DNA from: Hyphochytrium catenoides
Lineage: Eukaryota; Protista; Hyphochytriomycota
Direction of reading: 5' to 3'
Assembly: GCA_900088475.1 (NCBI GenBank)
Contig: FLMG01001116.1
Location: 1-64,000, forward strand
DNA length: 64,000 nucleotides
A program made the position numbers and the translations under genes. Below the pieces are notes generated by a model. That model saw nothing but the letters and a program-made list of their open reading frames with translations, ran no database searches and was not told the origin of the DNA. This document shows, piece by piece, positions 40,055 through 53,500 of this stretch (within the stretch, counting starts at the first letter, position 1; each line of letters begins with the position of its first letter).

Positions 40055-43000
40055 ATGGCGGCTCGCTCCCTCAGTAAGGCGGGAAGCTGGTGGCGATCAG
40101 GCAATTGGCCTCTCTGCCACCGCCTAGGGAGGTCGCGGTCGAGGTGTCTCTCTACACAAGACGCTGCTTCCGGTGACCCGTCTTCTCAGTCTGTGCGCCT
40201 GCCAGCAGTGCTGGATGATGCTATTGAACCAACGGTCCCAACAGGTGCGATATGGCGCTAACTTCTCCATGTACCTTTGTTGAGAACCTCACGATGCATT
40301 TCTCTGCCAACCCAGGGCCCGCTGCCCTGAGGTACAAACGACCAAAGGTGATAACCATCTTAGCAGCTAATCGGCCGGGAACAATCGCACAGATCTCGCA
40401 GATGCTTTCGTTCGTGGGCGTGAACATTGAGAGCCTGGTCAGTCGTCCGGTCACAGTCAGGCATATGCATGTTATCTTCATTCAGCTTGAACCTAAACAC
40501 TACGCCTTCTTAGGTTGACGTCTTCTGCCACTGCTCACCTTTCTAGACCTAACCCGTGGTCTCCATTTGCCAGACCTTCTAGCGTTGTTATCGACTCTTC
40601 CTAACCCTGGCGTTCCTCTTGGCAGGTTCTAGGACGAACTGATGTCCCAGAACTCTGCCGCATCACCATAACATGCAACCCAACGGATGAGAACCTCAAA
40701 AAGATTACCCGTAAGCTGGAGAAATTGGTAACGTTTTCTTTTCTTTCTTTCTGACGTAAGTTTAACCCTCACCTAGCCTAGATGCGTTCTGACTGCCAAA
40801 TGATGAACTCTGCCTTCCCTTATTATCTCTCTCCTCTCCATCCTGTTTTTCTTTGGAGGAGAGCCTCATGCAGTATGGCTCATGAAACCTCTCTTAGGTC
40901 TGTGTCGCACTTTTCAACCTCGTGGATACTCAAGACTCTGTTCCAGCGGCCTCAAAGGAAAGTGAACTGGTAAGATCTGGGTCGCAAGAAGGTTGTGTAC
41001 GCGTGCTAAGGGTTGAGTGCGTCTCTCTTTATAGGAAAGGGAGGAAGAGATTGTGGAGCGAGTACTGCTTATGGCCAAGCTGAGAGTGCCGAAAGCTGCA
41101 GCAGATAAGAAGGACTTCATCTCCCTCGCTAACCGTTACCAGGCGAGCATTCTTCATACAGAAGGCAGAGATGGTAAGGTCGGCACTGCGTAAGTCATCA
41201 GTATCTCTTCATTGGCCCTTGCAGGCACTGCTCGTCTCTAAGTAGCAGTACTATATCTGAGCTGTGCTTATTACTTAGGTGTCCTGCTGTCGTACAAATC
41301 TGCAAGCTATCTCTCGTATACTCTACATCCTTCAAGTAGTATTGCCTTTTCTAAGAATGCTCTCTCCTTTTTTAGGCTAGACTATTCATCGTTTTTCACC
41401 TGCCAGAGTCTCACCGTTTACGTAGTCCTGTGTGCTGCTCTAAGCCTGTTGCTTCCAAATTCTTAGCAAGTCCCTTTCTCTTCCAGGCAGTAGATTCGTC
41501 ATCATGTGTGTCTCTAAGCCTCAGGAGATGCACAAGTTCATAGAGTCTTTGAAGCAGTATGACATCATAGAGCTTAACCGAAGCGGGATAGTGACGATGA
41601 ACAGCACTCAGAGTACTCTAAGAAGAAGTTTTGATAGCAGTCGAAATTTTGTGAGAGGACAGGAGCATTTAGAGGCCACCGGAGGGAGAGAAGAAGGAAG
41701 TGAAGATGAAGAGACTAGGGAGACTATGGAGGCGACCAGCACAAACCCGATAGATAGCGGCGCCGGTCAGAATCGGAGCAGAGATAAGAAGAAGCCAGTC
41801 ATTAAAGCTAGGGTAGGACCGCCTATGTTTGTCTTCTAGCTTTTCCTTTCCCCTACTGCTTCTCCTGCTCATGTTCTGCCGTCTTACTTCCTTACGGCTA
41901 CTGGGATTATTCTTCATCTGAACTGTCCTTCGTCTTCACTTTGACTACTTTCCTTCCTTGTTCGATTGACAAGTTTTTTTTGTTGTTCTGGTAGGTCTTC
42001 AGCAGGAATCTTCTCCTAAAGCACCCACCTGGAAGTCGCATCTATCTCTTACCAGAAACCTCCCAGACAATCAGTACGCCACTCTTACAGTCTGCAGCAC
42101 AGAGCAGTGATGCTGTGCCCTCTTCGTCTCCAACAACTTCCTTCTCTTCCGTGGACGATGCAACAATCATGATTACCACGGAGAAAATGTACACAAGATC
42201 TGACGGCACGTACACCCCTGAGCGCCTCTCTCTTCATGAGAGAATTGCCAATCAGCTCTTCCATTCATACCCACAGGTAGATCCGTGTCCTGTCGTCGCT
42301 AATCTCTTACTCTTCCCGCTGACCTGACATCACGTACAGCGGTCCCTTATCGGTATACACTGTTGAGACCCCTACTTGCGTTCTCCGCTACCAGTCAGGG
42401 TTACTCTGTGGCCCGCTTTTGGCGCGGTGTAAGACGTTTCTCTTCATCTTGTCTCACATGTTGGCTATTCCTGGTGTCTTAGGGTCTTGCCAAGCCGGAG
42501 ATGCTACTTCTGATTGGTACCCCCGGCGCCGGGAAGAATACGGTTCTACTGTCTACTCTGCTTCCCTCAGTGCTGAAGTACAAGTCTATTCGAAACTATG
42601 TGAACTTGGACGTCGATGACTGCCTTGCCATGCTCCCGGAATACTACCATCCAGTGCTGGATATTGGCTTAGGAAGACATGGGCCCCCACAGGTAGGACG
42701 ACAAAGTTGAAAGGGAAGGACGAAAGAGGATGTTGCGTGTTGCGAATGGGAACAGATCTCCCTTCGATCAGTGATTGTAAGCTTCAGGTAGAATTAGTCG
42801 CGAAGGTTCGAATGCTAAAGGTTCATCAACCTTCGCCTACTCATGCGCTCGTGCTTTGCTGTTTCCCGTAACCATCGGCCTTCGCGTTATCTAGGAGGAG
42901 CTATTGGTACCCCTTCCGACCACGGCCTTTGCAGACCGCGACCCACACACACGTTATGCCATGTGTCGCGATGAGGCGAAGTTTATTATCCGGAAGAACA

Positions 43001-43572
43001 GGGACGCGGCAATTATGGCGAGGAAGAATATCATAGTGCATTCAACCGGCAAAGACTCTTCAGAGCTGATGAGGTTGATCCGTCAGGTGGGTGAAAAGCA
43101 TTCGAATGGGGCTACGCAGTAATGACATAGAGCAGAGAGGTAGCGTGAAGTGACTTAGTGGCGCGAAAAGTGAGGGGCAGCCAAGGATTTGGTTATAAGC
43201 TACCTCCTACCGGCAGCGCTCCAGCAGAGAGCTTACATATCTGATACTGGTGTATGTCGCTTACATTTGCCATAGGTTAAGGCTACGGGTTACGTGATAC
43301 ACCTGTGTTGCGTCGATGTCCCGACAGAGGTTGCGATAGAACGAGTAAAGTGCCGCAGCAATATTTATGGCAGAGATGTTCCTGAAGACGTAGTGCAGTA
43401 TGCAGCGGCGTCTCTCGTGCCAAACTTCACGCGAATGGCTCGCGTGGTGGACAACATCTACCTTTATGATAACACTGTGCGACCACCGAAGCTGGTCTGG
43501 AGCCAGCTGGGAGGGCGTAGCACAGCGTGGGATCCCCGTCATCGACTGATCAGTAAATATCATCTGCGGTAA
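40055..43572 (+). CDS. Fusion of acetolactate synthase (AHAS) regulatory-subunit-like domains and a zeta-toxin-family P-loop kinase, with a transit-peptide-like leader; 643 aa
   Basis: Ten exons, all GT-AG and in frame: 40055-40244, 40316-40437, 40626-40727, 40898-40969, 41035-41173, 41487-41812, 41995-42276, 42483-42692, 42895-43086, 43276-43572. ACT domain: VITILAANRPGTIAQISQMLSFVGVNIESLVLGRTDVPELCRITI...LKKITRKLEKLV. AHAS C-terminal domain: IVERVLLMAKL...FIESLKQYDIIELNRSGIVTM. Kinase: YTRSDGTYTPERLSLHERI, GTPGAGKNT, NLDVDD, KNIIVHSTG, GYVIHLCCVDVPTEVAIERVKCR...GRDVP, IYLYDN. Confidence 0.85.
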
Positions 43573-44131
43573 CAAGTGAGCCCGCAGCAAAGCTCAACCA
43601 GAGCTCCACATAGAGGATGAGAATTGTGAGGTTCTGAATAAAACGCTATATATCCCTAATGGCCTCTTCTGTCAGAACACGACCGCCGAATCACTCCACA
43701 AAGCCCAAGAAATATTGTATAGTTGAATAATGTGGATGGGAATCAGAAGCTGCTAGGCTCAGGGATTCTGAATACTAGAGTGGCAAGGCTGGTCTAAGTG
43801 CATGAAACGATTCGCAGCCCTTCGCCAGCTCCTCACGAGGCTTTGCTCTTCATCTTCTCTCTCATGCAGCTTCTGTCCTCGTACCTCTAGGTGTCTGCCG
43901 CCACCTCGACCCCTGTAGGCCTATAGACAGCCCAGTGATCTTCTGTTGGCGTTGAGGACTTGGACGCTGACCTCACTTCGATCCAGAAGCAACAGACACA
44001 GACAGACGAGTTCAGACTCAAGGGAAGCGAGGACGCAAGACTCAGCGTAAGAAGGACCGCGACGAGAAGGGCATCGCAGAGGTGAACGGATGCACTCAGT
44101 TAGCGAGTGAAAGACCAGCAGCTTGAGATAA

Positions 44132-47100
44132 ATGGAGGAACTGATTCGTGACTATGGCCTTGGAGAGGTAAATTTCTCTTTTCCACAATCTACCACGTCG
44201 GAAGATAGAGTAGAATACTGCATCTATCTGCCAGCGTCCAAAGCTGTTATTGAAGGACTTATCTCTCGCGAGGAGCAGCTGCTGGCAGCCAGAGCAGCTT
44301 TCCTTTCCTGCGCTCAAACCTTGGTGGGGCAATATATCTGGCACCATGAACCGTTTAACCTCTCAGTCCACATAGACTCCTCCCAGGGAGAGGGTCGAAG
44401 ACGCAGCATCAACTCTACCTCGTCAGCCTTCCCTAATGACGTTGCAATGTTGTCTGAGAGCTATCTCGAGGGCTCAGTGCACTTTGGAGACAATCTTGCG
44501 GATGAATGGGTGGTCGCGTACATTCTTTTCGAGCTATCCAAGCGCCACGCCGACCTGGTCATCTCTATGACAGATAATGACGGACAATTTCTTCTCATAG
44601 AAGCCGCAGACGCGGTGCCAGACTGGCTGGAACCAGAGAACAGCAGTAACAGAGTCTTCGTGCGCAGTGGCAGAGTTCACATTGTGCCTGATAAGCCTCA
44701 GAAAAACCTAGAGTTGCACCAGGCCCTGATGGCTTTACTGCAGGATGGCGGGAAGACGGAAGCCAATGGAGCCATTCAAGCCCTGGTGCAGCGAAGAATC
44801 AGACAGGTTCCGCCTCTTCTCACGGAAAGTTTACATACAGTGCGGTAAGAAGAAATTCCTGTCAGCTCTCTCGATCTATCCTTCCTTTGGCCATAGTCAT
44901 TGGTGCTACGACCATGGAGCTCGTTGGGCTCTTACGTGCCTGTCTCTCGTCCACTGCTGTTCGCACTTAGAAGTGTGCTACCTGTGGTGCCTCGTACTGC
45001 TGTTGAACTGTGCCTCCTCGAGAGTCATTGATGTATACTTTTTATGTAATGAGAATTTGTACCCCTTAGCTCTCACGAAGCTGATGTTTCTCTCTGCTCT
45101 GCTTCTGTGGCCCCGCCTCTATCACGCACCCTGTAATGATTAAATGGTCTCTTTCCCCACGCTCTTGGTTGGTCGTTGCATACTGTCCGCAGTTGCATCC
45201 TTCCGAGAGACATCGCCATTCTGCTCCACCAGAAACCCCAGCTCGTCGCTGCTGCATCCTCGGCATTCTGTCATAGGGAACCTGGACAAACCAAAAAGGT
45301 CTGCAACAAAATGCGACGCTTTGACCCTAAGAGCAAAGTGCAGGTGATGGTCCCGATGACCCGATGGATTTATGCAGAACTCCTGCACCAGCACTTCTTC
45401 CCACCCAACGTCTTTGACCCCATGCTCCCTCTTCCTACCGCACCTGGTGTGGAGGGAGGGGAAGAACATCCTGATGCCAAGGCAGCAATGCTAGGCGTCC
45501 GCCTAGCATGTGGCTTTGAGCTCCTCTACTGGGAGGGTGAACGCTTATCGCACCATTCACAGGGAAGGGAGAAAGAAGAATTGTCCCAGCAACAACAAAA
45601 GAATGACGAATATGTGGAAAGGCTCAGGGTGGCACTCTCCTCAGAACGCTACCGCTCCTCAGAAGAAGCGTATTCGTTGGCAATCGCCTTTGGCAGGGAT
45701 CCCGTCAATAGTTCTCTCTCAGATGCCCTGAGCCTATATAAACTCGCAGCAGGGTTAGAGACTAGTGAGAAAGATCTCCGAGGATCCACTGCCGGACCAA
45801 GTTTCTCGCAAACATTAACAGCCGATGACAAAGATGATTGGCTGACTGTCACGCCAGACGAGGTGGAGAAAATGGTTCAGGACAGAATGCACGGAAGAGC
45901 TGGAAGAAAAGAGGTAGAGTGCAACTTAGACGTTGTCCTTTCGCCCTTCTCTATGTCTCTCTCTACCTTTAGGCCAGGCTTTTCACTAAAAGAGGCTTCA
46001 TTAGCTGCCCGTCAGTTTATGTTTGCTAGTCAGTTTGATGATTGCGTGCATTGGCGCAGGGTGTTAGTGCTAAGGAGTTCGAAGAAGACGGAGCAAACCT
46101 TGAAGAGATTGCAAGGGCCATGGAGCATTTTGTCAATAAAGTCTCATCTATAGAAGGAGTGGAGACCGGCGACCCCTCAGGTAAAACCAAGGAGGGCAGA
46201 GCAGTATACTAAAAGGAATAAGGTTTCTTATTTGGGTTGAGGCAAGTTATGAATGTGTCGCGAAGCTTGCGTTAGAAGAACACAATTGTTGGGCATCGGG
46301 GACCAGGCTGGCTTTTTAAGAGAATGTTTGACGAAGCACGGCAAGGCCATAGAAACAGTCGTTGACTCAAAGCTCTGTTTTACAAGGACATTAACTCTCA
46401 CTAACTAAGAATCCTATTAGGTGTTGGTGGTGATAGGCGCACTCCTGTCTCTCTGGACTTCACATCTTTGCTGAAGGTGCTTAAAGGTGAAGAACTAGAT
46501 GAAGAGCCGGAAAACGAGTAAGGACTGCTCTTTCTTTGCATTCTCCCATTTTTTCCTGCAGTACAGCTCTGCTAAAATCTCTGCCTCTGCTTTTACAGGT
46601 TAGACGATTTCTTTGATGACTCTGTAGACTCAGATGACGAAGAGGAAGAACCCTTCAATGAGATGGAGATTGAAGAACAGAAAAGAAGACAGGCCTCACT
46701 ATCCGCAAACAACAGCCACCAGGAACATAAAGACCAGGAAAAAGAGGTGGATGATAATATAGATATCTACGTTAGAGAGCTGCAAACAGAAGATAGTGAC
46801 GATGAGGATCTGCAAGACTTGGGCAATCAGGAGTTGGAGACTGCAGAGAGGGGGACTATGGGCACATTAGAGGAAAAGACGAGAACAAAAGCCGAGAGCA
46901 GCTTCCACTCGTATTTGGAAGCGATGGATGCACAGCTAGAAGACACTGCTATGGGGCAAACTTTCATGAGGCAGGAAACTGTCTCTCAAGGTGTGGAGAA
47001 CGTTGCCCAAGGACAGAAGGACCAGCCAAACCCGGTGGAGGTTGATTTGAATTTGGTGGCAAATCTATTGGAATCGTTCTCACACCAGCAAGGGTTGGAA

Positions 47101-47166
47101 GGCCCAGGTGCGAATCTTCTCAGAGAATTAGGGCTTAGACTACCTAGTGGAGAGAGTAAAGGGTAA
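44132..47166 (+). CDS. ECD: Ecdysoneless / SGT1-domain protein
   Basis: YIWHHEPFNL, FGDNLADEWVVAYIL, DNDGQFLLIEAADAVPDWLEPENSSNRVF, LGVRLACGFELL, DDDWL-like segment and PVEVDLNLVANLLESFSHQQGLEGPGANLL. Confidence 0.93.
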
Positions 47167-47574
47167 TAAAGGCAGTCTTTGAAGTTCTGAGGACTACCGA
47201 TCAGGGCTCGAACTTATGACTTAAGGCTAGCTAGCAAGGGTGTGAGACCAGACAACCTTACAAGGATATCCTAAAGTCTTATAGAGGAGGACGCAGTTTC
47301 CATATAATAATGGAGAAGTTAACGAGCGTCACATCAGGCAGAGCCCACCGTCTGTGCTGCACACAGCAGAGAACTTGAGGCGTCAATAAATAAGAGGAGA
47401 ATGGATGGAGATCTAGAAGGTTCACATGAAAAGACTGACTGTTGATGAGCAACGTGGAGCTTATTTCACACTCTCTAACCTACTCCCTTCTCCTTGGTCG
47501 CGCCTGCTTCTATCAGCTAACCATCTTATCTGCCCATCACCTTCCGTCTCTTAGCTTTTTGATATTCTGAAGGA

Positions 47575-50500
47575 CTAATTAAGGCCAGCGTCTACCACTA
47601 GAGAAGTGTCTGTCGAAGCCTTTTTCCTTGTCATCTGGATGAGTTTGGCCACCAAGCCTGTCCAGCCCGTCTGATGAGAAGCACCTAGCCCGACACCATC
47701 GTCACCTGGATGTGGAGTGTCAGAATGAGTGAGGACAAAAGGGCGTGAAGAGCCAAATAAGGGCAACAGAACGTGTGAAGAACCACGTAGTAAGTGCTTT
47801 GTGCGGAGTTGCACATAGGAGCCTTACCGTGAAAGAACTCATGGAAGAGGACGAAGTCCTTCCAATAAGGATCAGTACTGAATCCATGGTCCCTGCCGTA
47901 GGCCGGCCGCAGTCCTAAGAACAGCAAGCTTGTTACTACAAGCCTATGCAACCCGCTCTGCCTTTGCTGCTGAGGTTACTTTGACTATCTTGACGGTTTA
48001 TACGCCGACCCCACATCCCTATCTGAACCTCTTAGAGTTTCTTATGTGCTTACCCTTGTCATTTGGAAGGAAAATGCTGATAAGTCTGTCAGAGAGCTTG
48101 TTCGCCACCTCTTGGAGGTTGCACATTACCCCAGATCCGGTGGGGAACTCCACCTGTGGCAAGTAGAAGGTCCGAGTAAGAACCAAGAAAGGTTTGGGCA
48201 ACCCCAGGCTCAAGGCAATCGGGGCCAATAACTCCAACAGTGGTTGGGACGCTCAAGAAGCGAATGACATATAGCAAACAGGAAAAGTAGCCTGATGTCG
48301 ACCAATGTGCGTGAGGACGCTAGAGCCCGGATATCCAAATCAAGGCAAGATGGGCTTGAGGAGTTACCTGGACGGTATCTTGATAGAAAAAGTGGTACTT
48401 CATTAGAGCCTCTATCATCAGGAAGTTCGTTGGAAACCAGATTGGGCCCCTCCAGTTAGAGTTGCCCCCATACATCGGTGAGGAGCTTTCCGCGGGTTCG
48501 TAGCAAACCTAACATGTCAAGTTGCGGGAACGCCGTTAATGTTGAGGCAGGGAACAATATCGCCACATAGCTCATCCAAGAAGGATATAGAACAAGGATG
48601 ATGGAAACCAGCTATAAGTGCCTCAGAGCTAGCATTCCACCAGACTAGGATCTACCTGCATCACATGCCCGTCCCTAGGTGAAATCCACCGGAAAACTCC
48701 GTCACCGCTGTGCTCCTGTTGCGAGAAGGAGAGTAGGTACAGGTAAGGGGCGTGATAATGAGCCCGCAAGACGTCTGTTCTCACCCACCTTGGAGAAGGA
48801 GCGGATGCCATAGTCTGAGAGGAACTGCGCCTCATCAAGCATTCTAGTCAAAATTTTCTCTGCAGAACACAAATTAAGCTTAGCACATAGGAAAACGAGC
48901 CCAACTGGTGTTCAATTGAGAAGAACGCGTAAGGAGAAGGGGAAAAGACGGCGTCATTAAATTACCTAATTGGTCCTTAGTGACCAGGGAAAGCATTCTC
49001 ACTCCATGCGGCGCGGAGCCAAGAGAGTTAGCCCCAGCAACGCCCTCGGATCTGTAGCGCTGGAACCTAAGGAGAGGTAGATCAGTTGGAGGTGCTTTTT
49101 ATCATATGTAGAGTGGCAAGATCCCAGGAGTGATAATGAGGACCCTCTGACGTGGGGAGGATCATTAGAAGTACGAACCATTCAACTCTGGACTTGAACT
49201 GTGGCAGCTTCTTGAAGAGTCGATCTTCTATGTTCATCACCGCGAATAGGGGGATTAAGCCCACAAAGGAGCGAATCCTCAGATGATGGAAGGCTAAAAA
49301 GGCAAGCATGTGGCGCATCAGACAACGCTAGATGTTCTAGAGAGATGAGTATCATCAAGGCGTCCAGAGAAGAGGGGATAGTGGGCGGAGAGCTAGGGAA
49401 GTAGCCTAGAGTAAGTGAGGAAAGGGGCTCGAGTAGAAGGTACTAGTGGACTTACATCCATCCTCTCCTCTAAGTACGTCGTAGAAGAAGCCAGTTTCCT
49501 CCTCCCAGAGCCCCTCCAACTCGTCACTGATGGACATGGCAATGGACATGAAGTGCTCATAGAACTTGGTGGCTACATCCTGGGGAGGTAGAAATGCGAG
49601 GGTTAGTCTAATATTAGTCGCTATCGTTCCGCATTATCCAGTGGCCCATGGCCCCTAGGCAACAGCCACTAACATACATAGATCTCTTTCTGCCGACTTT
49701 TGCTCTTATGCTCCAACTGTCTGCAGAGACCGTCTTGGCATCTTTTTGCATGTATGTTTTCTTACCTCATAAGCAATATTGTGGTCCGCCAATTCAAGAG
49801 AGATCTTCAACATATCTAAGCAGTACATCGCCATCCATGCCGTGCTATCGGCTTGCTCTAACCGGAACCCTTCGTCGACGTTACTCCGGTCGAACACTCC
49901 TATGTTATCCAGTCCCATGAATCCACCCTGGACATTGGTGAGAGTAATATATCGTAACAAGCGAGAGACAGAATGAAAGTGGTGAGCAGATATTTGCAAC
50001 GCTGAGTGCCAGTTATCCCGGCGACTTGCGTTTTCCTCTAGCCCTTGTGGGACTACTTCTAGTAAACCTCAACCCATCTGTCTGCTTCAATACTTTTTCG
50101 CATGTCTTTCTCAATAATTCTTCCCTACTTACCTCGAAAAGGTTCTTGCCGTGTTGATCTTTTCTGTTGACCCACCATGTAAAGTTCAAAAGCAGTTTAT
50201 GAAAGCATCTCTCTAGGAACTTCACATCCTTGTATCCACTTTGCTTGTAGGCAATCTTGTATACTCGGTAGACTGCCCAGGCATGAACAGGAGGGTTCAC
50301 GTCTGAGAAGTTCCACTCGTATGCGGGAATCTAAGGGAAATAGAGAGATGCTTAGAGAGATCAACGAGACGGAGAGCACCATAAGGCATATCAGACCTGT
50401 CCGTTTGGATGCATATACCACTCTCTTAACATCAGAATCAGCTGGCGCTTTGCCCATTCTGGATCGATGAGCACTATCGCCTACAGTCCGTGAAAATGAA

Positions 50501-53500
50501 GTAAGCATACACAAACGCAGGCGCCCTGCAACGAACGAACTCCAACAGAAGGCGTGCCCCGGTCCCTAGCGCTGGATTCTCGTTCACTTTACTTCGTCAT
50601 CTTCAAGTGCTCACCATGGTGTGGAACGCTAGATCCCAGGCAGCGTACCAAGGGTACTCCCACTTGTCAGGCATACTAATGACGTCAGCATTGTACAAAT
50701 GCCTCCAGTCTCGGTTGCGGCCCCATTGCCTTTCAGCCGGTGGGTCTGGGCCTGAAGGATCTCCGTCTAGCCACATAGCAACGCCATAATGGTAAAACTG
50801 CTTCGTGAACTGTAACGATACGAAGAGGTGTAACATGGATAAAGATAGGCAGAAACAGTAGATGGAGCGTTCTGTAAGTGTTTTTGCGATAAGTGCTCGA
50901 TTAGGAGTAAGCGGTCCTATGCAACCTGAATAACCACGTCTCCTGCAAAGAATAGCCTGCTTACCATCATCCCTGCCAGTGCCTGTCTTTGTACATTCCT
51001 CTCTTCCTTTGTGCTCTCAGGGTTGAGGGTCTCCTGATAGAACTCATCAGCCTCCTTGATCCTCTGATCAAAGACTTCCTTGAAGTCCGCAAAGGGGTTC
51101 CCGTGGACCTCTTCGCTATTGAACCGGACACGCACTGAGAATACGACAAGGGTTTCAGATAGACCCAGGTGCAATGGTACGACAGAAGTAGGCGACTTCA
51201 AAGAAGATGTGGTAGACTAAAAAAGCCAGCATACTACCAGAGATTAAAGTAGCTCTTAGTACCTTCAAATTTCTCTCCTGGGCCCACTGTCCTCGTGAAC
51301 CTGGCACAGAATTTGCTGCCAATGCCGGCGGAATTCACTGCCTCTTCATCACCCTTGACGATATAGTTATGGAAGGCGTCCTTGACGTGCTTTGTGTTGT
51401 TCGGGACATCCCATATACGGCGAAGATTGGTGTCGTTTTCTGTGAAAAGGAGCTCTTCTGGGGCGGCCCCGTTTGAGTCCTGGTAGAAAAGCGAATGGAC
51501 AGACGAGCAAAATTTAGGGCCATTCGCTTCAACAGAAATGGACTGTTCTGCAAGGTAGAGTAGTCCTGAGATGCGGCATAAGGTCTGCTCGAAGCGTTAC
51601 CTGCACATAGTACCAGCGCTGCTTCAGATGCGGCTCTCCGAAACAATGGACTGAGTCTGCTGTGAGCTTTTTGATCACTGGGCGATTGCCATCCTCATAG
51701 GGTGCTTTCCCCTTCTCATAGCCCTGAGTTACGTCCCCCGAGTTAACAAAAACCATTAGCGGCGAGAGCCCCCGACCGACACGGCCAAAAGAAACCAGCT
51801 TACCCAGCTCCAATTATTCCTGTACCACAGATGAGGAAGTATATCCAGAGTTGCTGTCTCTGTAGCGCTTCGATTGTGGGCAGTGATGCGACACAAGATA
51901 TCTTGCTGGTCTCTCTTTGCATACTCAATCTATGAGGGATCATAAAAGGAGACGTTGAGTGAAGGGATACATGGCGCGAAAGGCATGTAAAGGCAACAAC
52001 TGACCTCGATATCCCAGTACTTGCTCTCTGGGCCACACATCTCTGGCAGTGCGTCTATAAGTTCAAATTCGGGGTCATGCCTAGCAACAAGGAATGTACG
52101 GGTTGGCGAAAGGAGGTCATGACGAATAGATATTTGGTTCATTCTGGTCTAACAAACCTGCTTCTCCTCTGGTTCTCGGCCACTAGCTCGTCGTAGGGGT
52201 ACGCGTCAATGGGATACTTATATACCATCTTGGTGTATGAGTGGGTCGGAGTACTGGTGGAGAAGGGCGCCAGTAAGACCATCTCTGCAAGCATACTAAA
52301 ACCTTACTAAAAAGAATATGGACCAAACCTGTCAACATAGAAATAATACTCCTTGACGTCCTCGCCATGATTACCCTGAGAGCCTAAATAACTATCGTTA
52401 GATAAAATCCTCTATCGGTCAGCCCTGCAATCAACCATGGTCCAACTATCATTGGGCTCCCTGTCTACAAAGTTACCTGACAGCCCAAAGAGCCTCTCTT
52501 TCAATATGGGGTCCTTATGATTCCAGAGCCCAAGCCCAAGACAAATATTCTGCGCCCTATCACACCAAGCACCAAGGCCATCCTCATTCCAGCGGTAAGT
52601 GAAGCTCCGGGAGCTGATGCGAACAAGAACAAGGGGTCTCGTGAGCTCAACGCCGTAGAAAGAAGGCGACAGGAGATAAGAGTATGGGCCTGGAAGAGCC
52701 ACGGCCCAGCACCTTTGATTAAGTGCTCGTCATTCTCGTCTATAAGGATTGGAGAGACTTAACGTACATATCATGAGTGATGAAGTTCCATGCATCACCG
52801 TTCTGGCTATAATCCTCTCGCACCGTGCCCCAGGCTCTCTCTGAGCTGAAAGAACAGGTCGCAGTGGCAAAGGTAAGCTGTACGCTGCTGACTCTCTGGA
52901 AGGTTTCGGAAGAATTTACTTACACGTAAGGTCCCCACTTCTTCCAATCAGCCCTCCGTGTCGCACTATCACGCAGTCTTTCGGTCTCCTTGGAACGGCC
53001 TCTGAGCAATAATTCGAGTCAGTCATGCCATCTGCCGCTCTATTCATTGAGTCGATCGTTGCCCGACACCTTTGTGGCATCCAAGATATTCTTCATCTAA
53101 TGAAAGGCACCTTATCACTCGCATCCCCCCTCCTCTCTCTCTTTGACCCTTCCTTAGTCGTAAAAGCCTCTCGGTTTCTCCACCCTCAGCTTATGCCATC
53201 GGTTTCTCCTCTTCAGTTCCTCTTTCCCTCTCTTTCTCACCTAAGAACAGCAGGTGAGGATTCATCCAAGTGGCTGTCGAACTCAAAGCCTTTGGTGAAC
53301 GAGTGATGGTACTGCAAGGCATCCAATACCACGCTCCACTTAGACGAGCGCTTGTACCGGAAACTCCAGGCACGGCGGGAGAGGGGAGTCACAGGAGGAG
53401 GAGGAGCGACTAAAGCAGAGGGGGAATCCAGGTCCCTTTCTCCCCTAGGTGACGGATAGGAATTGACCGCATTTCCAGTCATCGAGGGAAGTGCGGCAGC

